Below are positions 25,690-32,000 of a stretch of 32,000 nucleotides of DNA, in pieces; the first letter of the stretch is position 1, and each line of letters opens with the position of its first letter. Position numbers and translations under genes: made by a program. Source of the DNA: Candidatus Heimdallarchaeota archaeon (lineage in GTDB: Archaea; Asgardarchaeota; Heimdallarchaeia; JABLTI01); the NCBI GenBank assembly GCA_030614005.1, contig JAUWKS010000010.1, forward strand, positions 36,350-68,349, read 5' to 3'. The notes beneath the pieces are model-generated. The model was not told where the DNA came from, did not search any database, and saw only the letters and a list, made by a program, of their open reading frames with translations.

Positions 25690-28600
25690 TCACTTTTTCT
25701 CTGAACTTTTCTTCTCTTTTGGGAAATGAACAGAAATAGTTGTTCCTTTTCCTTTTTTACTATTTAATATCATCTTTCCATTATGAGCTTCAACAATTTT
25801 TAAGGCTATTAGCATTCCAAATGATTTATACTTTCTAGTTTTCCATGATGTTCTAATTTCATCTTGTTGCTTTGTAGTCATACCAATACCATCATCGCGA
25901 ATGTGAATAATGTGCTCTTTGTTGTTTTCTTCTGCATATATTTCAACTTTAGTTGCTTTTGCATGTTTTAGTACATTCATCATAATATTCTCAAACACTT
26001 GATTTAATTTAGTTGGATCTGATTTCAATGGCGGTAAGTCTCGAATAATAATTTCTAAATCAGGGTCAGCGGTAGAAATAGTTTTAGCTATCTTTTCAAG
26101 TAATTCATTCAAATTGACGACTGATAATTCACCCAATATTTCACCCTTCATTGCAAGAAGTAAAAGGTTTTCAAGGAGTGAAGATAAATCTTCTAATTGC
26201 TCAATCATCATATCGGTATACATCGTTTGATCCATTTCCGCCAGTGACATGAGAATCTGTATTCGTCCCTTTAGGTCATGAGAAACAGTACTAGAGAATG
26301 ATTCAAGTTCATCTTTTTGTTTTTGTAATTCTATTTGTTTAGTTTTAAGTCTGTCTTCTACTTGTTTGATTTCAGAGATATCAGTTATTACTGCAAATAT
26401 TCCAGATAAATTGCCCTCAGAATCATATAACATACTGGGTTTAATTAATGTTGGAACTTGTAAACCATTTTTCTTGGTCCAATACAATTGATAAGGTTCA
26501 GATAAACCAAGGCTCTTTTTTTTGCGTTCTTCTAAATTAATTTTCTTGTTTTTCTCGTCAAGAAAATCGACCACCTTAGATCCAATAATATCATCTCTAG
26601 AATAACCTAATATCTCACAAAGTTTATCGTTTGCATAAGTAATTTCACGATTCATATCTACAATGGCAAAACCATCATTCATAGAATCAACTAATCTACT
26701 ATAACGTATTTCACTTTGAACACGTTCTTCAATATCCTTAGAACGTAACAATGCAACTGAAATTTGATTCACAAATGTTTCAATTAACTCATAATTTCGG
26801 ATATCATTATCCTTTCTAAGTGCTATTATAATTCCACCCAACAATCTATCTTTATCCATAAGAGCAATTGTAAAGGCCTTCTCTATTTTTAGAGATTTGA
26901 TTAGAGAATTGCTAATCTTATTAGGAATATTTCCCTTGGTAATTTGCTCTAGATTACCCCCCAAAGGAATCAACTTCCTTTTTCGAAAAATTGTCATGGA
27001 ATCTTTTTGAATAGCAAAAGACATTTTTTGTGGACTTCTACCAAGAATCTTTGAAAGTATATTTAATTTATTACCTACTCCGAATAGATTTTCTATAGTA
27101 AATAAATTTGTAAGAGCATCATATGAATGAACTGCAATATATGAATCGCCAATTATTTCCTTCATTTTCAATCCAATAAAGTGATAAATCTCTTGTGCTG
27201 ATGTAAGCCCTACTAATTCCTTTACAGACTCAGAAAGAAATGTTAAATCATTGACACGCCTCCATTCTTTTTCTTGTGCAATTATTCTCTCTGTAATATC
27301 ACTAAACATAACAACAATTGAGCCAGGTTTATATTGAAATGCTCTCACTTCAAAAGACCCTGAAAAAGATTTATCATGGTAATCTACTCGATCAATCTCC
27401 CAAACACCACCGTTTTTAGCAACTTTCAAATATTCATCTGGAATGACAGTATCTTTCAAAGCTGGAAATGCTTGAAGAATAGTTTTACCTATGAATTTGT
27501 TATGATTAAAATTCATTATTTTATCTGCAGCTGGATTGCTTCCTTTGAAAATTAGATTTTCCTTTGAATCCAAATCATACATATAAATTCCAATAGGAGA
27601 TGAATCAACTATTTTTTGAAGATGCTCTTCTCTCCTGTGTAATTCTTGATTGATTTTAGTATGAACTTTCAACAATTCTTGAGCTTTCGTCTTTTCCTCC
27701 AGAAAACCAACATTCGACTTCTTTAGGTCTTCAATTAATCTAGCATTTTCAATACCAATAACTGAAACATTTGCGAAAGTTGTTAGTAAATCTAAATCTT
27801 TATCAGTAAATGATCTGGGTATAAAATTCTGAAAGATTAAAACACCTACTATTTCACCAGAAATTTTCATTGGAACATAAACTGCTGACTTTACATGTTG
27901 TTTGGATGCATCTGCTTGTGGTCCTTCAATTATCTCTCCTTTTTCATTAAAAGTATAGCGGGTTTTAACCTCAGAGAGATCTTTTTCTAAATCTTCAGGG
28001 TAGTATATTGCACCTGTGTGAATTACTCTACTCTGCGTACCTTTCCCCTTTTTTTCCAAAGGAATTGGAGGAAATTTGGAAACATCCAGCTCATTTCCTT
28101 CAGCTATTCCAAATTTTGCAGTGAACATTTTAGTCTTATTATCATATGATGAAACGATGAATGTTTTTGCATTCATAATTTTCAAAGAATAAGTGTATAT
28201 TGTTCGATATACTTCCTTGATATCTTGAGTTTCCCCAAGCACAATTGCTAATTCATTTATAGCCTCTTGCTGGTTAATCAATCTCTGATTAACACTTTCT
28301 TTTAATTTGAGACTTGTCAAGTCTACTAATGCAATTAATATTTTTTGAGGAGGAATAAAATTGCATTGAACTCTAATCCATCTGCTTTTATGAGCTCTTA
28401 AATCTGTATATTTAACTTCTTGACTGATTGCTGTTCTTTTACTAAAACATTTTTGAATTAGATTGAATAAAATAGGATTGTTCTTGTAATATTCCTTGCC
28501 GGTCATATTGAGAAGTTCTTCTTCAGGTTTATTTGTGATTTCAATTTCAATGTCATTGATATTCTTTAAATGGAAATCATTTCCAATTTTTTCCCACAGT

Positions 28601-29067
28601 GCCATTGGAATAGGAGAAGCTTTTATTTGCATTATATTCTGCATTTGGATTTCTTTTAAAGCATCCTCTGTTTGTTTTCTGGAAGCTGCACTTTCGATTA
28701 GATTAATCAATTCACGAAATTGTGTATCTGCTTCTCCAGCTTTGTGATGATAATAGGATGCTCCAAGGTTTAATGCTTGAATTGCAATTTCCTCTCGTCC
28801 TCTACCTGTAAAAATTATAATAGGAATATCACTATATAATTTCTTTACGTTATTAAGAAACTTTAAGCCATCCATTTTTGGCATTTGGTAATCAGAAACA
28901 ATGACATCAAAATGCTGTTTTTTGAGTATCAATAAAGCATCTATTGCAGAAGTTACAGTAGTTATTTTTAGATTCTTTCTAATTTTCATTAAACATAATT
29001 TTGTTAGCTTAAGAAAACTATTATCATCATCTACTAATAACAGTTTGATGTCTTCCAATATAATCAC
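25690..29067 (-). CDS. Cytoplasmic hybrid histidine kinase REC-PAS-GAF-PAS-GAF-PAS-HisKA-HATPase
   Basis: LVDDD, SDYQMPKMDG; PAS ends (DITE, DISE); GAF motifs (VPMKISGEIVGVL, MDKDRLLGG); SHDLKG H-box, FENIMMN N-box, DDGIG G1; GTG start. Confidence 0.9.
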   Translation of the reverse strand: MIILEDIKLLLVDDDNSFLKLTKLCLMKIRKNLKITTVTSAIDALLILKKQHFDVIVSDYQMPKMDGLKFLNNVKKLYSDIPIIIFTGRGREEIAIQALNLGASYYHHKAGEADTQFRELINLIESAASRKQTEDALKEIQMQNIMQIKASPIPMALWEKIGNDFHLKNINDIEIEITNKPEEELLNMTGKEYYKNNPILFNLIQKCFSKRTAISQEVKYTDLRAHKSRWIRVQCNFIPPQKILIALVDLTSLKLKESVNQRLINQQEAINELAIVLGETQDIKEVYRTIYTYSLKIMNAKTFIVSSYDNKTKMFTAKFGIAEGNELDVSKFPPIPLEKKGKGTQSRVIHTGAIYYPEDLEKDLSEVKTRYTFNEKGEIIEGPQADASKQHVKSAVYVPMKISGEIVGVLIFQNFIPRSFTDKDLDLLTTFANVSVIGIENARLIEDLKKSNVGFLEEKTKAQELLKVHTKINQELHRREEHLQKIVDSSPIGIYMYDLDSKENLIFKGSNPAADKIMNFNHNKFIGKTILQAFPALKDTVIPDEYLKVAKNGGVWEIDRVDYHDKSFSGSFEVRAFQYKPGSIVVMFSDITERIIAQEKEWRRVNDLTFLSESVKELVGLTSAQEIYHFIGLKMKEIIGDSYIAVHSYDALTNLFTIENLFGVGNKLNILSKILGRSPQKMSFAIQKDSMTIFRKRKLIPLGGNLEQITKGNIPNKISNSLIKSLKIEKAFTIALMDKDRLLGGIIIALRKDNDIRNYELIETFVNQISVALLRSKDIEERVQSEIRYSRLVDSMNDGFAIVDMNREITYANDKLCEILGYSRDDIIGSKVVDFLDEKNKKINLEERKKKSLGLSEPYQLYWTKKNGLQVPTLIKPSMLYDSEGNLSGIFAVITDISEIKQVEDRLKTKQIELQKQKDELESFSSTVSHDLKGRIQILMSLAEMDQTMYTDMMIEQLEDLSSLLENLLLLAMKGEILGELSVVNLNELLEKIAKTISTADPDLEIIIRDLPPLKSDPTKLNQVFENIMMNVLKHAKATKVEIYAEENNKEHIIHIRDDGIGMTTKQQDEIRTSWKTRKYKSFGMLIALKIVEAHNGKMILNSKKGKGTTISVHFPKEKKSSEKK

Positions 29068-29202
29068 TCACTTTGAGGTGTTATCATAGATTAAATAGTA
29101 TAACATTATTTAATTGATTTTGGTCTGTAGTATTATTCGGTAAATTATCTGCTATAAAATGGATGCTTTTTTGCTGGAAATTGAAAGTAAATATTCGAAA
29201 TT

Positions 29203-29553
29203 TCACAGATGATTGACATATTCTTTTATTTTTTCGATGAGAATGTTTTTTCTGATAGGTTTTTTTAGCACTTCTTGTGCGCCTGCCTCAAGAATTTCTT
29301 TAGATTTTGAGGAATATGCTGTTATAGCAGCGATTTTTGCATTGGAATTTATTTTTATTATCTCTTTTGTAGCTTCAATGCCATCCATCTCAGGCATGAG
29401 AATGTCCATAAGAACAATATCTGGAGAATATTTCTTATATAATTCAACAGCTTCTAAACCGTTCTTTGCTTCTATTGTTTCATATTCTTTCAAAATAAGT
29501 CGAAATATCGATCTCAACTTTTCATTATCATCTACAACTAAAATAGTAACCAT
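29203..29553 (-). CDS. Single-domain response regulator (CheY-like REC)
   Basis: VVDD, DIVLMDILMPEMDG, ITAY, KKP. Confidence 0.92.
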   Translation of the reverse strand: MVTILVVDDNEKLRSIFRLILKEYETIEAKNGLEAVELYKKYSPDIVLMDILMPEMDGIEATKEIIKINSNAKIAAITAYSSKSKEILEAGAQEVLKKPIRKNILIEKIKEYVNHL

Positions 29554-29694
29554 TTCTTTTCTTTCCTATCCTTTCCAGGTAATCAATATTCAAATCAATT
29601 GGTTAAAAGATATTTTGGAATATGCAAAGATTCAATTTATCAAGTAAAATGACATTTGTGAATAAGTTAACTAGGAGGGATTAAAAAATACAGA

Positions 29695-30453
29695 TCACTC
29701 ATTTTTTCGTTTGATTGATTTTTGATATTCATTGATTATGGATGTTAGAACATCTACTTGTTCTTTGATACGAACAGATGGTTCAGATTCTAAGGAAGAT
29801 GATGTTTGAAGAATAGTATCTAGTTTACCTTGCAAATCTTGAATAAATTTCGACGTTTGTTCATCGAATTGTTCTTGAATCTTTAGGATGTTCTCCTCAA
29901 GTTCTTTGCGCATTGAAATATCACGGATGATTCCAATATAACCAATTATTTTGTTATTTTGATTTCTCCGAACAACTCCGTTTACTAAAACATCAATTAT
30001 TGTTCCATCTTTCTTTTTCATTTTTAATTCAAAATCTTTCAGAAAACTTTTCTCTTCAATTGTTTTTTTGAATCTAATTCTATCTTTAGGGCTAGCATAT
30101 AAATCAGCAACATTTAATTTTAGAATTTGTGCTCTAGAATAACCAAAAAGTGTTTCACCCTTTAGATTAAAATCAACAATAGTTCCATCAGTATTGGTAA
30201 TGAAGAAAACTTCATCTATATGGTCAAAAATTTGTCTATAACGTATTTCACTTTCGACAATCTTTAGTTGAGAGGTTTTTTTATCTGTAATATCTAAATG
30301 AATTCCAATAGCTCTTAACGGATTTCCTTGCTTGTCTTGTTCAACTACTTTTCCAATACATAGAATCCATTTGATTTCCCCAGATTTACTTATCGCACGA
30401 TGTTCCACTCGAATTAGTTTCGTTATCTCTTTTTTGGAAGTTCCAAAATCAAA
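29695..30453 (-). CDS. Distal frame of the split multi-PAS protein: second half of a PAS_3 domain, one PAS, coiled coil with degenerate DHp
   Basis: Frame open from 30453; VEHR...GEIKWI...GKVVE.D..GNP.RAIG.H.DIT completes the PAS begun in the upstream frame. Confidence 0.8.
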   Translation of the reverse strand, partial: FDFGTSKKEITKLIRVEHRAISKSGEIKWILCIGKVVEQDKQGNPLRAIGIHLDITDKKTSQLKIVESEIRYRQIFDHIDEVFFITNTDGTIVDFNLKGETLFGYSRAQILKLNVADLYASPKDRIRFKKTIEEKSFLKDFELKMKKKDGTIIDVLVNGVVRRNQNNKIIGYIGIIRDISMRKELEENILKIQEQFDEQTSKFIQDLQGKLDTILQTSSSLESEPSVRIKEQVDVLTSIINEYQKSIKRKNE

Positions 30454-32000
30454 TCAGTAACACAACAATTGTCTTTATGAACAATTTTTCTCACTGATTT
30501 AATATTAGGTTCTAGTTCATCAAGAGAATATCCAAGCATTTCAACATAGGGGTTGTTGATAGTAAAATCACCAGTTTTGATATCCCAATCCCAAGTGCCT
30601 AAATTTGCACTTTCATGCAATAAAATTTGCTTATCAAGTATGCCTTTAATCATACTCTCAGACTCTTCTGAGGATTTTTTTATTGTAAATACAGATCGTG
30701 ATCGTTCCATTTCCCCTACATCATCATATTCTATTTTTCCATCAAAAGATACTGTTAATATTATACCATCTTTTGTGACCATATCAAAAAGGATATCATG
30801 AATTTCTCCATGTTTAATGAATTTTGGGAAATTCTCCTTAAACTTTTCAGTAAAATCAGGAGTTAAAAAATCGCCAAACCATTTCCCTAAAACTTCATCT
30901 TTAGTGTAACCAAGTTGTTTTAACCAGAACGCATTTACATCTAAAAAACATCCATCTTTATCTAAAGATTGATAGGGAAGGGGTGCTTGGTCGAACATTA
31001 ATTTGAAAAGTTTTTGTGATTCACTTAATTCCTTTTTATAGTTCATCTGATCAGTGACATCTCTTGTAACACCGATGAAACGAACAACTTTACCAGATTT
31101 ATCTTTTACTGGAGTTATAACTCTACTACCTATTCGTATCTCACCGTCTTTTCGTTTAATTTTTACTCTGCCTTTCCAAATCTTTCCGCTAAAAGTAGTT
31201 TTTGCAACATTTGCATAGTAATCATCATCGAATTCCTCATCAATATATCTCATTGAAGCGGGTGTTTGTCCGAGAGCATCCAAATATGAATAGCCAGTGA
31301 ATTTTTCAAAACCAGGATTAACAAAGACGATTTCACCTTTCCCATCAGTGATTAGGATGCTATCATTTATTTCATTAATAATTGTTACAAGAGGAGCTTG
31401 TTCTTCTTCTAGCTGCTTTAATTTAGTAATATCTTGAACAAATGACAAGTTATAGACTTCCCCCTTTTCTTGAAATCTTTTTATGTTTAGTAAAGCATCA
31501 TAAACTGTTCCATCTTGACGTAATAGTTTTGTTTCAAAATTTACAGCCATTTTATTCTTTTCAAGAATTTCTAGCAGCTTTTTTCGATCAACTTTATCAT
31601 CATAAAAAGTGTTTACAATATTATTTTCCAATAAAGCTTCTTTAGTATAACCAGTTATTTCTTGGATTTTTTTATTTGCTCTAATCACATTCCCAGACTT
31701 ATCTGAGATCCCAACTCCAATAGGTATATCTTCAAACAGTATTCTAAACTTTTTTTCGATTTCAATTAATTCACTGTGAATCGTCCTTCGCAAAGTAATA
31801 TCTAATCCTGAGCTCAATGAAGCAATAACATTTCCTTGATCATCTTTGAGATTGGAATTATGCCAAGAAATTAATTTTTCATCACCACGTTTAGTTAAAA
31901 CCAGATTTTCGTAATTCTCGACTATCATTTCCCCATCTAAAACTTGTTGAAAAGCACTTCTTGTAATCTCCCTTATATTTTCGGGTAGAAAAGTATCAAA
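30423..32000 (-). CDS. Proximal frame of a multi-PAS sensor protein, 5' end beyond the window
   Basis: Frame is open past the track's Met at 31928 to base 32000 (FDTFLPENIREITRSAFQQVLDGEM...); partial PAS, three PAS, then the first half of a PAS_3 (GTWDWDI...MLGYS.DEL...VH). Confidence 0.85.
   Translation of the reverse strand, partial: FDTFLPENIREITRSAFQQVLDGEMIVENYENLVLTKRGDEKLISWHNSNLKDDQGNVIASLSSGLDITLRRTIHSELIEIEKKFRILFEDIPIGVGISDKSGNVIRANKKIQEITGYTKEALLENNIVNTFYDDKVDRKKLLEILEKNKMAVNFETKLLRQDGTVYDALLNIKRFQEKGEVYNLSFVQDITKLKQLEEEQAPLVTIINEINDSILITDGKGEIVFVNPGFEKFTGYSYLDALGQTPASMRYIDEEFDDDYYANVAKTTFSGKIWKGRVKIKRKDGEIRIGSRVITPVKDKSGKVVRFIGVTRDVTDQMNYKKELSESQKLFKLMFDQAPLPYQSLDKDGCFLDVNAFWLKQLGYTKDEVLGKWFGDFLTPDFTEKFKENFPKFIKHGEIHDILFDMVTKDGIILTVSFDGKIEYDDVGEMERSRSVFTIKKSSEESESMIKGILDKQILLHESANLGTWDWDIKTGDFTINNPYVEMLGYSLDELEPNIKSVRKIVHKDNCCVTDLILELPKKR
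30429..30435 (-). other. In-frame A_AAA_AAG slippery heptamer at the junction of the two PAS frames
   Basis: CCA AAA AAG AGA TAA in frame 0; a -1 shift gives AAA AAA GAG ATA ACG AAA CTA ATT CGA GTG GAA CAT. Confidence 0.5.

Noticed and set aside
29213-29647. 144-aa plus-strand ORF
   Set aside because: Antisense shadow of the response regulator; no motifs.

Overview
AT-rich prokaryotic window. GGTGA/GAGTG-type Shine-Dalgarno motifs, TTTATATA boxes, oligo-T terminators, sequon-rich surface proteins with C-terminal TM+basic tails, zinc-ribbon membrane proteins and an N-terminal-REC PAS/GAF kinase point to an archaeon, probably Asgard/Heimdallarchaeia-like (inference, no marker gene present). 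Contents: large surface proteins (triple CBM-like+Ig gene running off the left edge and missing from the ORF track, C25 gingipain-like protease, 5xFN3+5xIg, LVIVD propeller), NifB/NifX-family protein, a RelA/SpoT-synthetase-TPR-SLOG fusion, an atypical alpha/beta hydrolase, two Cys-less molybdopterin-oxidoreductase-fold surface proteins next to a circularly permuted alkaline-phosphatase-family enzyme, serine hydrolase, orphan methyltransferase, MFS transporter, and a two-component cluster (hybrid kinase, single REC, multi-PAS protein split at an A_AAA_AAG site). Not in the ORF track: two tandem paralogous 28-29 aa peptide genes with their own SD and TATA box, and several gene remnants. No rRNA, tRNA, CRISPR array or mobile element was seen. 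Best candidates for new biology: the RelA-TPR-SLOG protein, the micropeptide pair, the Moco-fold/AlkP cluster and the slippery-site PAS gene.
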